Source of the DNA: Prolixibacteraceae bacterium
GTDB taxonomy: Bacteria; Bacteroidota; Bacteroidia; Bacteroidales; Prolixibacteraceae
DNA length: 64,000 nucleotides
Reading direction: 5' to 3'
Assembly (NCBI GenBank): GCA_037129695.1
Contig: JBAXUL010000001.1
Span: 4,057 to 68,056 of the forward strand
The notes under the pieces are model-generated. The model did no database searches and was not told the DNA's origin. It saw only the letters and a program-made list of their open reading frames with translations. Within the stretch, counting starts at the first letter, position 1. Each line of letters begins with the position of its first letter. Position numbers and translations under genes: made by a program. This document shows positions 21,107 to 31,264 of the stretch, piece by piece.

Positions 21107-22225
21107 TTATTTGTAGATCTTCTTCTTGTTCAGTGCTGCCTGGTACTTCAGGGCATTTCTATTGTGTTCGGAGAGGGTTTTGGCGAAGTTGTGATAACCT
21201 GAAAAGTCATCTTTTGCACAGAAATAGAAATAGTCATGGACGACATAGTTCAGGACGGCATCCAGTGAAGAGATCTCCGGAATATTGATTGGGCCCGGGG
21301 GGAGTCCCAGGTTGACATAAGTATTGTAACGGCTCTCGACTGAAAGTTGTGCGGTGAGTATCCGCCGGACCGAAAAGTCGCCAAGTGCAAAACGGATCGT
21401 CGGATCGGCCTGAAGTGGCCAGCTTTTTCGCAGTCGGTTGAGATAAACGCCTGCAATCACAGGCTTTTCATCGTTTTTGTTGCTCTCCTCCTGAATGATC
21501 GAAGCCAAGGTCGCCACCTGGTCTGTTGTCAGTCCACTGGCTGTGGCTTTGAGCTTCCTTGATTCATTCCAGAAAAGATCGTATTCACGCTTCATCCTGG
21601 AAAGGAAACTTTCAGGAGTGGTCGTCCAGTAAATGGAGTAAGTGTTTGGAATAAAAAGTGCAGGAAATGTTTCAGGCTTGAAACCGTTCCGGATGGCATT
21701 GGAGTCGTTTTTGAATGCAGAAAGAAATGCTGCCGAGTCGCATTGCAACTGGTGTGAGAGTTTTCCGGCAAGTTCTTCAAGGGTACGAATGTTATTGAAG
21801 GTAACCATCACCGGCGTCTGGGCGCCTGATCTCAAAATATTGATCAGTTGGTTGTTGCTCCATCCGGGCTGGAGCCGGTATGCACCTGGCCTGACGTTCA
21901 CATTGTACTCCTTGATGCCGGCCAGGCTTCTGAAAGTTTTTAGATTGGTGAGGCATCCGTTTTCGTTCAGTAACCGCTCGACCTGGTCGTATTTGTCGCC
22001 GTTGTGAATGAATAGGAGGTAACTCTTAACCACGTTCGGACCATAGTAATCGGTGTGGAGGTGTTTGATCGTGATTGCAGCTATTATAACACAAACAATA
22101 CCCAGGTATATCATCATTTTTCTGATTCCTGTCCTGACTACCAGGGCATAAAAAGACAGAAAGACCGGATAAATCCGGACTGTCATTTTGCCTAATGCGG
22201 TTAATTTTTGCTTCAGATCGATCAT
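21107..22225 (-). CDS. mltG: Endolytic transglycosylase MltG (YceG family)
   Basis: 372 aa. N-terminal TM helix and YceG-like body (ASIIQEES..., NTYVNLGLPPGPI). Confidence 0.87.
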   Translation of the reverse strand: MIDLKQKLTALGKMTVRIYPVFLSFYALVVRTGIRKMMIYLGIVCVIIAAITIKHLHTDYYGPNVVKSYLLFIHNGDKYDQVERLLNENGCLTNLKTFRSLAGIKEYNVNVRPGAYRLQPGWSNNQLINILRSGAQTPVMVTFNNIRTLEELAGKLSHQLQCDSAAFLSAFKNDSNAIRNGFKPETFPALFIPNTYSIYWTTTPESFLSRMKREYDLFWNESRKLKATASGLTTDQVATLASIIQEESNKNDEKPVIAGVYLNRLRKSWPLQADPTIRFALGDFSVRRILTAQLSVESRYNTYVNLGLPPGPINIPEISSLDAVLNYVVHDYFYFCAKDDFSGYHNFAKTLSEHNRNALKYQAALNKKKIYK

Positions 22226-22315
22226 TTGCTGCTCAAAAATACAATTTTAATACAAATTGTTAAACGGAATGATCAAATGTTGAAAAATTGGCCGGTCTGA
22301 TAAGGTATAAAATAG

Positions 22316-22323
22316 TATTTTTG
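22316..22323 (+). promoter_or_regulatory. Candidate -7 box (TATTTTTG) for the flavodiiron gene
   Basis: TAnnTTTG match about 32 nt upstream of the ATG at 22355. Confidence 0.35.
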
Positions 22324-22354
22324 CCGATAGAACTCTGTAAAAAAACAACGTGCC

Positions 22355-23554
22355 ATGCATCAGATTAAATTAGCTGACAACATCTTTTATCTTGGTTTCA
22401 ACGATCGCCGGACTGCACTTTTTGAAAATATCTGGCCAATACCGGATGGCATTTGCTACAATTCCTATTTGATTGTAGACGAGAAAGTGGCTTTGGTAGA
22501 CACCATGGAACGTCAGTACATCGAAGATTATCTGGAGCGCATTACAGATATTATCGGAGACCGTGCAATTGACTATCTGATCATCAATCACATGGAGCCC
22601 GACCACTCAGGTTCTCTCAAAGCCATCGTCAACCGCTACCCGGGCATCACGCTGGTGGGAAACAGGAAAACATTCGGCATCGCTGAAAACCTTGGCTACA
22701 GTCCAAAGATTATCATGGAAGTTCATGATAATTCAATACTCGATCTGGGAAAGGTGAAGTTACAGTTTCAAACTATTCCGATGGTGCATTGGCCTGAAAC
22801 CATGGTAACCTATGATGAAACCAACAAGATTTTATTTTCGGGAGACGCTTTCGGAAGTTACGGTACCCTGGACGGCGGCGTTTTTGACGATGAGATCAAC
22901 CTCGATTTCTACGAGGTAGACGTGATGCGCTATTTTACCAATATCGTTGGTAAATACTCTCCCCATACCCAGCGAGCCATCAAAAAACTTGCACCGCTCG
23001 ACATTAAAATGATTGCAGCAACGCATGGTCCGATCTGGAGAACAGACTTGAACTGGGTACTAAGTCGTTACAACAAATGGAGTTCCTACGACAAGGAACA
23101 GGGAGCCATCATCGTGTATGGTTCGATGTATGGAAATACCCAGAAGATGGCAGAAGTTATTGCCCGTCAATTGAGCGAACGTGGCATCAAAAATATCCGG
23201 GTCTATGACTCTTCCAAGACGCATACCTCCTACATTATCAACGATATATTCAAATACAAGGGATTGATTATTGGCAGTTGTGCCTACAACAATGCGATTT
23301 TCCCCAATGTGGAGACTTTGCTTTCTACCATCGAACACATGGCTGTAAAAAATCATTACTTTGCCATCTTCGGAAATTTTCTTTGGAACGGCGGAGGTGT
23401 GAGCAATCTGAAAAAATTCTCTGACAGTATGCACTGCATGGGCTGGGAAACTGTTTATGAACCTGTCGAGGAGAAAGGAAGCCTGAAACCCGAAAAATTT
23501 CAGATGTGCATCGATCTTGCCAATGCCATGGCCGACAAGTTGCTTGCCATGTAA
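22355..23554 (+). CDS. FprA-type flavodiiron protein (metallo-beta-lactamase fold plus flavodoxin domain)
   Basis: 399 aa. Di-iron ligand motif HMEPDHSG and a C-terminal flavodoxin-like segment (IIVYGSMYGNT). Confidence 0.87.
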   Translation: MHQIKLADNIFYLGFNDRRTALFENIWPIPDGICYNSYLIVDEKVALVDTMERQYIEDYLERITDIIGDRAIDYLIINHMEPDHSGSLKAIVNRYPGITLVGNRKTFGIAENLGYSPKIIMEVHDNSILDLGKVKLQFQTIPMVHWPETMVTYDETNKILFSGDAFGSYGTLDGGVFDDEINLDFYEVDVMRYFTNIVGKYSPHTQRAIKKLAPLDIKMIAATHGPIWRTDLNWVLSRYNKWSSYDKEQGAIIVYGSMYGNTQKMAEVIARQLSERGIKNIRVYDSSKTHTSYIINDIFKYKGLIIGSCAYNNAIFPNVETLLSTIEHMAVKNHYFAIFGNFLWNGGGVSNLKKFSDSMHCMGWETVYEPVEEKGSLKPEKFQMCIDLANAMADKLLAM

Positions 23555-23586
23555 ATTCCTGAACTTCCCGGTAGGGGAGTATATCC

Positions 23587-24117
23587 ATGAAACGTATTGC
23601 CCTGTTATCGGATACCCATAGTTACCTGGATGAGCGGATAGTTGCTTTATTGGGTGAATGTGATGAGATATGGCATGCCGGCGACATAGGAAGTTGTGAA
23701 GTCACGGACCGGCTGATGCAGGTAAAGCCTTTGAAAGCGGTTGTCGGAAACATTGATGGGGCAGACTTGAGGCTGCAGTTTCCTTCCTTCCTTCGTTTCA
23801 AATGCGAAGAGGTGGATGTGTTGATGACCCATATCGGAGGTTATCCCGGTCACTACGACAGGCACCTCTTGCCTGAATTGAAAGCCAATCCTCCAAAACT
23901 ACTGATTGCAGGCCATTCCCATATCCTGAAAGTGATTTATGACCCGAAGCTGCAACTGCTGTTCATCAATCCGGGAGCAGCGGGTCAGCACGGTTTTCAT
24001 TTGGTGCGCACCATCATTAGGTTTACCATCGACGGCGATCAGATCAAAAACCTGGAGGTGGTGGAATTGGGTCAGCGTGGTCTTCTAGCGGCAAAACCGG
24101 GCGGCACACCAGTCTGA
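23587..24117 (+). CDS. YfcE / MJ0936-family metallophosphoesterase
   Basis: 176 aa. LSDTHS, HAGDIGS, GNIDG, and GHSH motifs. Confidence 0.85.
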   Translation: MKRIALLSDTHSYLDERIVALLGECDEIWHAGDIGSCEVTDRLMQVKPLKAVVGNIDGADLRLQFPSFLRFKCEEVDVLMTHIGGYPGHYDRHLLPELKANPPKLLIAGHSHILKVIYDPKLQLLFINPGAAGQHGFHLVRTIIRFTIDGDQIKNLEVVELGQRGLLAAKPGGTPV

Positions 24118-24921
24118 TCTCTCATAGTTGGCGGTAAGTTTCAGATCCAGCGAGGCAGCTTTCTCCGTGATGGATGCAAGATCAGCAGTGTAAAATCCGC
24201 TCATAACCAGCTCTCCCCCCTGATTCAGAACTTTTCTGTAGGCTTCCATATCCTGCAGGAGGATGTTTCGCTGGATGTTGGCCAGAATGATGTCGAATGA
24301 CTGTTCCTCCAATAGTCCGGCATCACCCAGCAATACCTTGATATTCCTGATTTGGTTGAGTTCAGCATTCTCAAGGGTGTTGTTGTATGACCATTCGTCG
24401 ATGTCGATGGCAGTTATTTCTGATGCTCCTTTCATGGAAGAAAACAGGGAGAGGATACCGGATCCGCAGCCAATGTCGAGAACCCGCTTGCCCTTCATTT
24501 CCAGTTCAAGGATGGCAAGGATCATCAGGTGAGTGGTTTCATGGTTGCCGGTGCCGAATGCCATCCTGGGATTGATGATGATTTCGTACTCGGCGCTTGG
24601 ATAGGTATCGTGAAATGGCGCCCTGATCAGGCACTTGTTTTCAATCAGCAGTGGTTCGAAATAATTCTGTTCCCAAACTTCATTCCAGTTTTGATCGGCA
24701 ATTACCTCAGTCGAATATTCAAAATGGAAGAAGTCATTCTTCCGAAAGTGCTCTGAAGTGAGGATTTCCGGTGAAAAATCGGGGGATTGAATGTAGGCCT
24801 CGACCGTATCATCTGTTTCGACAAAACTTTCAAAACCCACATTTCCGAGATCGGCAATCAATAATTCCCGTGCCAGGTGGTTGTCGGGGTTGAGTACGCA
24901 GGTGACTTTGGTATATTCCAT
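24085..24921 (-). CDS. prmA: Ribosomal protein L11 methyltransferase
   Basis: 278 aa. SAM-binding VLDIGCGSGILS and the PrmA N-terminal domain. Confidence 0.9.
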   Translation of the reverse strand: MEYTKVTCVLNPDNHLARELLIADLGNVGFESFVETDDTVEAYIQSPDFSPEILTSEHFRKNDFFHFEYSTEVIADQNWNEVWEQNYFEPLLIENKCLIRAPFHDTYPSAEYEIIINPRMAFGTGNHETTHLMILAILELEMKGKRVLDIGCGSGILSLFSSMKGASEITAIDIDEWSYNNTLENAELNQIRNIKVLLGDAGLLEEQSFDIILANIQRNILLQDMEAYRKVLNQGGELVMSGFYTADLASITEKAASLDLKLTANYERSDWCAARFCR

Positions 24922-24923
24922 TT

Positions 24924-27572
24924 TTAATAGGCAATTCTAAAGGCCAGGTTGACGCCGACCTTGGTTACGTTCATTTTGTCAAACCCTACGAAAACGCCTA
25001 CATTGGTCGAATAGAATACTTCGAGCAGGGTATATCCGATTTCTGTATGGTGCGAATTGGTAGGCGAGCTGTAATATCCGGCCCAGATCATCTCCCGCCA
25101 GAGCGTGTTACTGAGGATTGGTAAATATTTCAGGATGATGAAGGGAGCCTTGTAGGAGATAAACCCGTTGATGAACCTGTCTCCTGTTGACAGGGCATAA
25201 TAGTTGGGGATATAAAAGGAATGCCTGTATTCATGCGGGAGGATAGGACTCGTCTGGGTCATTACATGGGCAAAATCAGAAAAATGCAACTGGTCGCTTT
25301 TTGTGTACCAGCCTACGGCCAGATTCCAGCAAAGACTTGATGTTTGGGTTAGCTCCCTTCCATAATCAATACCGCCGTACAGATAATCGAAATCTGAAGT
25401 ACTTGAAAAAATGTTTTTGAAACCCTTGTCATAACCGACATAAAAAGTTGGAAAATCTGAATGGGACATTTCCTTCACACCATTGCGTACCCGGTAATAG
25501 TATTTCGGGGTATAATCAATCCTGATTCCTGCTTTTGATGTAATCTGATTTGCCAATTGCGCTGCGGTTACCTCATCATTGGCGGGCAGGTTGGGCATGT
25601 AATTGTCAAGGCTGTTGACCAACGAAAAGTTGGTGATATTCTCCATTTCCCTTGTGTTCTTGTATTCCAGTTTGGCACGGATGACCAGTCCGTTTGCCAG
25701 ATCGACGCGATTGGAAAGTTTCACGAAACGGTTTTCAAAATATCTTGCATAATTGGTCTTGAAAAATAAGGAAGCAATGCTGTTGACGAAAGGAGTAACT
25801 GCCGATTCCGGATCGTTGAAATCCTCCGAATTGCTTCCGCCACTCAGTTCGATCGTGCCCCGGTGCATGGGCGCATAACTGTATTTGATGTTGAGTTTTC
25901 CCATCAGGACATTTCGGTTAATGGCATAGGCCATTTTTGGGCGAATCTCAAGGGATTTTCCGGGTTTATAATCCTTGGTAAAAAGAAACTCCTGGTTGAG
26001 TGTAAATCCATCCACTGTGTTAAATGTGAAGCAGTTGGGATTGATTAGTCCAAAATACTGGAAACGTTTGGTCGAATCACGAAAGGAAGAACGACCGCCG
26101 AAGATGAGTGGAGTCAGAAAGCCGAAACTTACTTTGTGTTTGTCGAAAGAAATGGTCCTGGGTTTGTTTTGTTCCTCCAAAACTAATGAATCACGCTTCC
26201 GGAAGCTTTGTAACTCATCCGAAGCGAGGGGTATTGGACGCATGGTGTTCCAGAAAGCAGTGTCCTGGTTGGATGCCTTCGGATCAATCTGTACTTTGAC
26301 CGATTCGTGTATTTCGAGGGATTTGACGGAATCTTTCTCTGCGGTCTTGTGGGTGGACTCCATCAATCTGGAGAGTTTACTCATTTCGCTATTGCTCAGC
26401 TCTTTTTTTTCGAGCAGATTGTCAATTTTTGCTCTTTTTTTCTCAGCCGATTTGGATGGTTTTGGAACGATGGAAGGAGCAGCAGCGGCAGGTTGGTTGA
26501 CCTGTTTGGTGGACCCATCAGGAACAGGAATATTAAGCAGTGCAATAACTGTTTTATTGAAGTGCACATCCGTATATTTCATGGATGTGGAGAATTTCCC
26601 GCTGCCCTTAATTCCCATCATGCTGGCATCGAAGGAGAACTTGTGGCTCACCGGAAGCCAGATTGCGGGAGAAACTTCATCGTAGGTCATGTAAAGGTTA
26701 ACAGGACCGACAGGAGTATCAAACGTGAGATCCGCCTGTCTGAGGCACCAGAATACCTCCATCACATACAGGTATCCTTCGAAAAGCAATTTGCTTTTGC
26801 GCTTTGGGGTCACCTTGATTTTATTGACAATATTCTTCCCTTCGTAACTGAATCCTTCATATTTATAATCATAATGGGCCAGTGCATTTTTTCCAACCGG
26901 GGAAATCATAATGTCTATGTTGTCCTGGTAAAGACTTGAAGCGAGTATGTCAGTAACCTGGAAGTCTATGCCTTTAGGGAATGAGGAGTTGATTGATTTG
27001 ATTTTGAGATCGTATTTGTCGGGAGCTTTGAATGTAATCTCATTGACGCTCTCCTGCACCAGAATATCTCCCGACTTGACGTCAATGTTCTGTTTTTTTA
27101 ATTGATTGCGGAAGATTCCAGGGATATTATCTACCTTGATGGTGCCCCTGAGATAGGCGGTTGCAGAGTAGCTCTGCATCTGATTCAGGTGTACATAGGA
27201 GAGACTGATCACTTTGCGCATGATGGGATAGGCCCGGTCGATGCCTGCATTGATGGTAATTTCCTGGATTTCCTGGATCTGCTCTTCCAAAACAATGCTG
27301 ATGGTTTTGGAAAGGGAGGAAAGGTTGACTGTTTCTGTTTTGGGTGAAAAACCCAGGCTACGGTAGGTGACAGTATATTTTCCCGCCGGAAGTACGATTT
27401 CAAAATCACCTTTTTCGTTGGTGGTTGTTCCCTGGGATGCTTCCTTGAAGAACACGGTTGCGAAAGGAATAGGAAGGCCATTCTTGTCTTTGATGTTCCC
27501 TTTCAGGTTATGAGCCACAGACATTCCTGCCCACAAAAAGAAAATGGTAATCAGAATCATGAATTTTTTCAT
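24924..27572 (-). CDS. Carboxypeptidase-regulatory-like domain protein with a large beta-rich C-terminal region (DUF5686-like, from memory)
   Basis: 882 aa. Signal peptide, an N-terminal CarboxypepD_reg-like module (GNIKDKNGLPIPFATV...GKYTVTYRSLGF), and a beta-barrel-like end ...NLAFRIAY. Confidence 0.72.
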   Translation of the reverse strand: MKKFMILITIFFLWAGMSVAHNLKGNIKDKNGLPIPFATVFFKEASQGTTTNEKGDFEIVLPAGKYTVTYRSLGFSPKTETVNLSSLSKTISIVLEEQIQEIQEITINAGIDRAYPIMRKVISLSYVHLNQMQSYSATAYLRGTIKVDNIPGIFRNQLKKQNIDVKSGDILVQESVNEITFKAPDKYDLKIKSINSSFPKGIDFQVTDILASSLYQDNIDIMISPVGKNALAHYDYKYEGFSYEGKNIVNKIKVTPKRKSKLLFEGYLYVMEVFWCLRQADLTFDTPVGPVNLYMTYDEVSPAIWLPVSHKFSFDASMMGIKGSGKFSTSMKYTDVHFNKTVIALLNIPVPDGSTKQVNQPAAAAPSIVPKPSKSAEKKRAKIDNLLEKKELSNSEMSKLSRLMESTHKTAEKDSVKSLEIHESVKVQIDPKASNQDTAFWNTMRPIPLASDELQSFRKRDSLVLEEQNKPRTISFDKHKVSFGFLTPLIFGGRSSFRDSTKRFQYFGLINPNCFTFNTVDGFTLNQEFLFTKDYKPGKSLEIRPKMAYAINRNVLMGKLNIKYSYAPMHRGTIELSGGSNSEDFNDPESAVTPFVNSIASLFFKTNYARYFENRFVKLSNRVDLANGLVIRAKLEYKNTREMENITNFSLVNSLDNYMPNLPANDEVTAAQLANQITSKAGIRIDYTPKYYYRVRNGVKEMSHSDFPTFYVGYDKGFKNIFSSTSDFDYLYGGIDYGRELTQTSSLCWNLAVGWYTKSDQLHFSDFAHVMTQTSPILPHEYRHSFYIPNYYALSTGDRFINGFISYKAPFIILKYLPILSNTLWREMIWAGYYSSPTNSHHTEIGYTLLEVFYSTNVGVFVGFDKMNVTKVGVNLAFRIAY

Positions 27573-27619
27573 CCTGCAACGCTTTTGCTTTGATATACGG
27601 AAATCCGGTATAAAGGTAG

Positions 27620-27660
27620 CAAAAACGCACGAAGGGCAGAATTTATCTGCCGCCTCGTGC
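27620..27660 (-). terminator. Probable intrinsic terminator after tpiA
   Basis: Imperfect GC-rich hairpin GCACGAAGGGCAGA / TCTGCCGCCTCGTGC (27626-27660), followed on the minus strand by GTTTTTGC. Confidence 0.5.
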
Positions 27661-27685
27661 GGTTAAAAGTTAATTCCTTCGGTAA

Positions 27686-28444
27686 TTAATAGGCATTGAT
27701 GATGACCAGAAAATCTCCCGCTTTCAGGGAAGCTCCGCCAATCAGTCCGCCGTCGATATCAGGTTGTGCGAATAACTCCTTTGCATTGGATGGGCTGCAT
27801 GATCCACCGTAAAGGATGGAACACTCATCCGCAATGGTTTGATTGTATTTTTTGGCAATCAGACTGCGGATAAAGGCAAGCATATCCTGAGCCTGTTGAG
27901 AACTGGCTGTACGTCCGGTGCCAATGGCCCAGATAGGTTCGTAGGCGATCACAACTTTGCCGAAATCATCGGCAGTCAAGTTGAAAATGGTCTCTTCCAG
28001 TTGGTTCTGGACGAAATTATTTTCGGTTCCGGCTTCGCGGATCGCGAGGGCTTCTCCACAGCAATAGATGGGAGTTAATCCCTGTGCGAGGGTCAACGCA
28101 ACTTTTTTGTTGAGGGTCTCGCTGGTTTCGTGGTAGTATTCGCGGCGTTCTGAATGTCCAAGAATGACATAGGTAGCTCCGGTTGATTGGATCATTGATA
28201 CGGAAACCTCGCCGGTATAGGCTCCTTTTGGTTCTGCTGCACAGTTTTGAGCCGCAATGCATACCCGGTTTTGATCAACAGCGGCCGATACACTTGTGAG
28301 GTGGGTAAAAGGTGTGCCTAAAACAACAACTACATCTTTCGCGCCCTTTTCGCTAACCAGATCGCTTACCTGTTTAGCCAGTGTGATGCCTTCGCTGACA
28401 GTCGTGTTGCATTTCCAGTTACCGGCTACAATTTTCTTTCTCAT
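27686..28444 (-). CDS. tpiA: Triose-phosphate isomerase
   Basis: 252 aa. [15 protein letters not shown], and [11 protein letters not shown]. Confidence 0.96.
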   Translation of the reverse strand: MRKKIVAGNWKCNTTVSEGITLAKQVSDLVSEKGAKDVVVVLGTPFTHLTSVSAAVDQNRVCIAAQNCAAEPKGAYTGEVSVSMIQSTGATYVILGHSERREYYHETSETLNKKVALTLAQGLTPIYCCGEALAIREAGTENNFVQNQLEETIFNLTADDFGKVVIAYEPIWAIGTGRTASSQQAQDMLAFIRSLIAKKYNQTIADECSILYGGSCSPSNAKELFAQPDIDGGLIGGASLKAGDFLVIINAY

Positions 28445-28484
28445 GGTCGGTGATATTTATTTTTTGAGGTTAATAATCTTCGGT

Positions 28485-28492
28485 CAAAGATA
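28485..28492 (-). promoter_or_regulatory. Candidate -7 box (TATCTTTG on the minus strand) for tpiA
   Basis: TAnnTTTG match about 41 nt upstream of the ATG at 28444. Confidence 0.35.
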
Positions 28493-28544
28493 AGAATCAG
28501 TCATTGAACCTACTATAAACAGAAAGTAATTCAGACTGATTTAA

Positions 28545-29684
28545 CTATTTGATTACGTTTGAAACCAGGCGTGTCATTTCTTCGACGGACGGAATATCGT
28601 TGTAGTGCCATTTGCCGAGAATAGTCCCGCTGCGCACGTACAAAAGCCCGGGATTACTTCGGATCACTGTCTTCAGTGTTATTTCATCGCCGAAAAGAAA
28701 TTCATAGGTCGGATTGGCTGCTTTTTTGAATGACTCAAGTCGCTCACCGTTGGTTGAGGTCAGGCAGACGAACTTGTATCCTGCAAATCTTGCCCAGTTA
28801 GCCAGTTGGTTAATTTGCTCCTGCTTTTTTAGTGAACTTTTCGTCAGATTGGGTGCAATCAGGAAAAAAGTAGGCTTGTCATCGGCAAAAAAGAAATTGG
28901 TGACATCGTCTCCTGGGGCCGTGCGCATTTGAAAATCATGAATGGGAGGGGTATATCCTTTCTTTACCAGAACGGATTCGCCCATCGACTCAAATTTCCA
29001 GTTCAGGGTATCCTGCCATGGATAATCGGTGTCAGTAAACTGTTTAACGATGTTGCTGTTTTTATTGCGGTAGAAAAAGCTGTTTTTATATACATCTGAA
29101 GCTGCCCCGGCCGGTATTTTCATCGATTCAGGAATGTTGATCCCAATTTTATATGGCCTGAAATCGAAAACCGGATCGTGCCTGTACGACCAGGTTACAA
29201 AACCCAGGTAGATGCAGGAAATGATGCCAATCCGGTAGTATCTCCATTTTCCCAGCATGGCCGGCTCAATGGAATTTCGCCTGATGTAAACCAGAACTGC
29301 GATGGCAGAAAGAAAGATGTTTTTAAAGAACGTTTCCCAGTTGGTAATCACCAGCGCATCCCCAAAACAACCGCAATCAGTCACAGGGTTTTTGATGGCT
29401 ACATAGAGCGTCAGGGGAGTGAAGAATGCCATAAACAGCAATCCCAAAAGTGAGGCCAGCCGGATTCTGACACAAAGGAGCATGGCAGCTCCGATGAGGA
29501 ATTCAGCAAAAGGAAGCAGATAGGAGCCAATTGGTGCCAGAAAAGTCAGGCCGTTGAGTCCCATGGCATGAAGATAATCCACCAGTTTGTACTCAAGTCC
29601 GGAGGGATCAATGCCCTTGACGAACCCCGAAAAGATAAATACGAGTCCGAAAACCCACCGCAAAATCGTTGTAAAATTTTTCAT
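28545..29684 (-). CDS. DoxX-like membrane domain fused to a thioredoxin-fold-like domain (BT_3928-type protein, from memory)
   Basis: 379 aa. Four N-terminal TM helices with a DCGCFGD motif and a soluble C-terminal half. The start overlaps the DUF1599 gene stop by 4 nt. Confidence 0.7.
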   Translation of the reverse strand: MKNFTTILRWVFGLVFIFSGFVKGIDPSGLEYKLVDYLHAMGLNGLTFLAPIGSYLLPFAEFLIGAAMLLCVRIRLASLLGLLFMAFFTPLTLYVAIKNPVTDCGCFGDALVITNWETFFKNIFLSAIAVLVYIRRNSIEPAMLGKWRYYRIGIISCIYLGFVTWSYRHDPVFDFRPYKIGINIPESMKIPAGAASDVYKNSFFYRNKNSNIVKQFTDTDYPWQDTLNWKFESMGESVLVKKGYTPPIHDFQMRTAPGDDVTNFFFADDKPTFFLIAPNLTKSSLKKQEQINQLANWARFAGYKFVCLTSTNGERLESFKKAANPTYEFLFGDEITLKTVIRSNPGLLYVRSGTILGKWHYNDIPSVEEMTRLVSNVIK

Positions 29685-30223
29685 TGTGCTTTTTCAAATT
29701 CCATTTTGATCAGGGCGAAAACAGAATAGTTGATCATGTCAAGATAGTTGGCATCTACACCCTCCGAGATCAGGGTTTTGCCCTGGTTGTCTTCGATCTG
29801 CTTGGTACGCTTGATCTTCATCAGGATCAGGTCCGTAAATGAACTGATGCGCATTTTTCTCCAGGCTTCTCCATAGTCATGGTTTTTATCCAGCATGAGG
29901 TTTTTTGCCTTGTCCAGGTTGGCAAGATACATGGCCTCGGCCCTGTCGTGCGGCAGTTCTTCTTCCATTGCACCCAGTTCGAGCTGGATCAAAGCAAGCG
30001 CACAATAGTTGATGATTCCTATGAATTCTGACCGGGCATCATCTTCAATTTTAGCCACACCTGTCTCCTCAATAGTGCGGATTCTCTGGGCCTTGATAAA
30101 TATTTGATCGGTCATGGAGGAAGGGCGCAGGATTCGCCAGGCCGTGCCGTAATCTTTCATCTTTTTGATAAAGACTTCCCTGCAAAGGCCGATCACATGA
30201 TCGTATTGTTCTTTGGTTTTCAT
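29681..30223 (-). CDS. DUF1599-like protein (internally duplicated helical domain)
   Basis: About 180 aa with two similar halves (KDYGTAWRILRPSSMTDQIFIKAQRIRTIE / HDYGEAWRKMRISSFTDLILMKIKRTKQIE). The folP-DUF1599-DoxX-tpiA neighbourhood is recalled as conserved in Bacteroidota. Confidence 0.72.
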   Translation of the reverse strand: MKTKEQYDHVIGLCREVFIKKMKDYGTAWRILRPSSMTDQIFIKAQRIRTIEETGVAKIEDDARSEFIGIINYCALALIQLELGAMEEELPHDRAEAMYLANLDKAKNLMLDKNHDYGEAWRKMRISSFTDLILMKIKRTKQIEDNQGKTLISEGVDANYLDMINYSVFALIKMEFEKAQ

Positions 30224-30391
30224 CACATTGTCAAATTAAAGCCTAAAAGTATTATTTTTTCAGGGAATGGATGTGGCTATAATTACTATTTTTGTGAATA
30301 TTGATCAACTTTAGTCCGCTTTTTTCTTACTGAATCATTGAATTTCAGTAACTCATTTACGGATATTCAATTATAAAATCAGCATCTGTCC

Positions 30392-31261
30392 ATGTTGTTT
30401 CAAAAGAACGACCGTCCCTTTTACCGAAAGAAAAGATCAATTCAGCTGAATGGTCATTTGATCCTACTGGATCAGCCTGCCGTTATGGGAATTCTGAACC
30501 TGACCTCCGACTCTTTTTACGATGGAGGCAGGTATCAGACCGAAAAGGCCCTGCTTTTGCGTGCGGAAGAGATTCTTAGTCAGGGAGGAATGATCATTGA
30601 TATCGGAGCTGTTTCTACCAGGCCAGGGGCAGCAGAAGTTACCACGGAAGAAGAGATTCGTTTGTTGCTTCCGGCGGTTAAGGCCATCAGGAAAAATTTT
30701 CCATCTGCAATTTTGTCAGTCGACACTTACCGGTCGGAGGTTGCAGAACAGGTTGTTGGAGAAACCGGAGGCTGCATCATCAACGATATCTCCGGCGGAA
30801 CGCTGGATGCCAAAATGTTTGAAACAGTGGCCCGGTTAGGAGTGCCATATGTTTTGATGCATATTCAGGGTACTCCTCAAACGATGCAGAAAAATCCCTC
30901 GTATAGCGATGTTGTCAAGGAGATCATGCTCAATCTTTCCGACAAAGTCAATACCTTGAAGTTGCTTGGGGTGAATGATATCATTGTGGATCCTGGTTTT
31001 GGTTTTGGGAAAAATCAGACGCACAATTACGAACTTTTAAACCGCCTCGATTCGTTTCGTCTTTTTGAGCTACCTTTGCTGGTAGGGTTATCCCGCAAGA
31101 CCATGATTTGGAAACTGTTGGGTGTATCCCCCGAAGAAAGCCTGAATGGAACAACGGCACTGAACACGCTGGCCCTGATGGGTGGAGCTGATATTCTCAG
31201 GGTTCATGATGTTCGGGAAGCGGTTGAAACAGTCAGGCTGGTTTCCGAACTTAAAAAATGA
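30392..31261 (+). CDS. folP: Dihydropteroate synthase
   Basis: 289 aa. MGILNLTSDSFYDGG, IIDIGA(V)STRPG, and SVDTYR motifs. Confidence 0.93.
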   Translation: MLFQKNDRPFYRKKRSIQLNGHLILLDQPAVMGILNLTSDSFYDGGRYQTEKALLLRAEEILSQGGMIIDIGAVSTRPGAAEVTTEEEIRLLLPAVKAIRKNFPSAILSVDTYRSEVAEQVVGETGGCIINDISGGTLDAKMFETVARLGVPYVLMHIQGTPQTMQKNPSYSDVVKEIMLNLSDKVNTLKLLGVNDIIVDPGFGFGKNQTHNYELLNRLDSFRLFELPLLVGLSRKTMIWKLLGVSPEESLNGTTALNTLALMGGADILRVHDVREAVETVRLVSELKK

Positions 31262-31264
31262 TTT

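Noticed and set aside
25975-26939. Two long plus-strand ORFs (236 and 210 aa) inside the DUF5686-like gene. Similar long antisense ORFs occur at 1076-1579, 3946-4491, 10405-10956, 17055-17576, 42760-43206, 55540-56031, 57141-57803 and 58086-58622.
   Set aside because: All are antisense to genes with clear family signatures. Their sequences are low-complexity or Cys/Arg/Ser-rich and typical of non-coding frames, and they have no motifs of their own.
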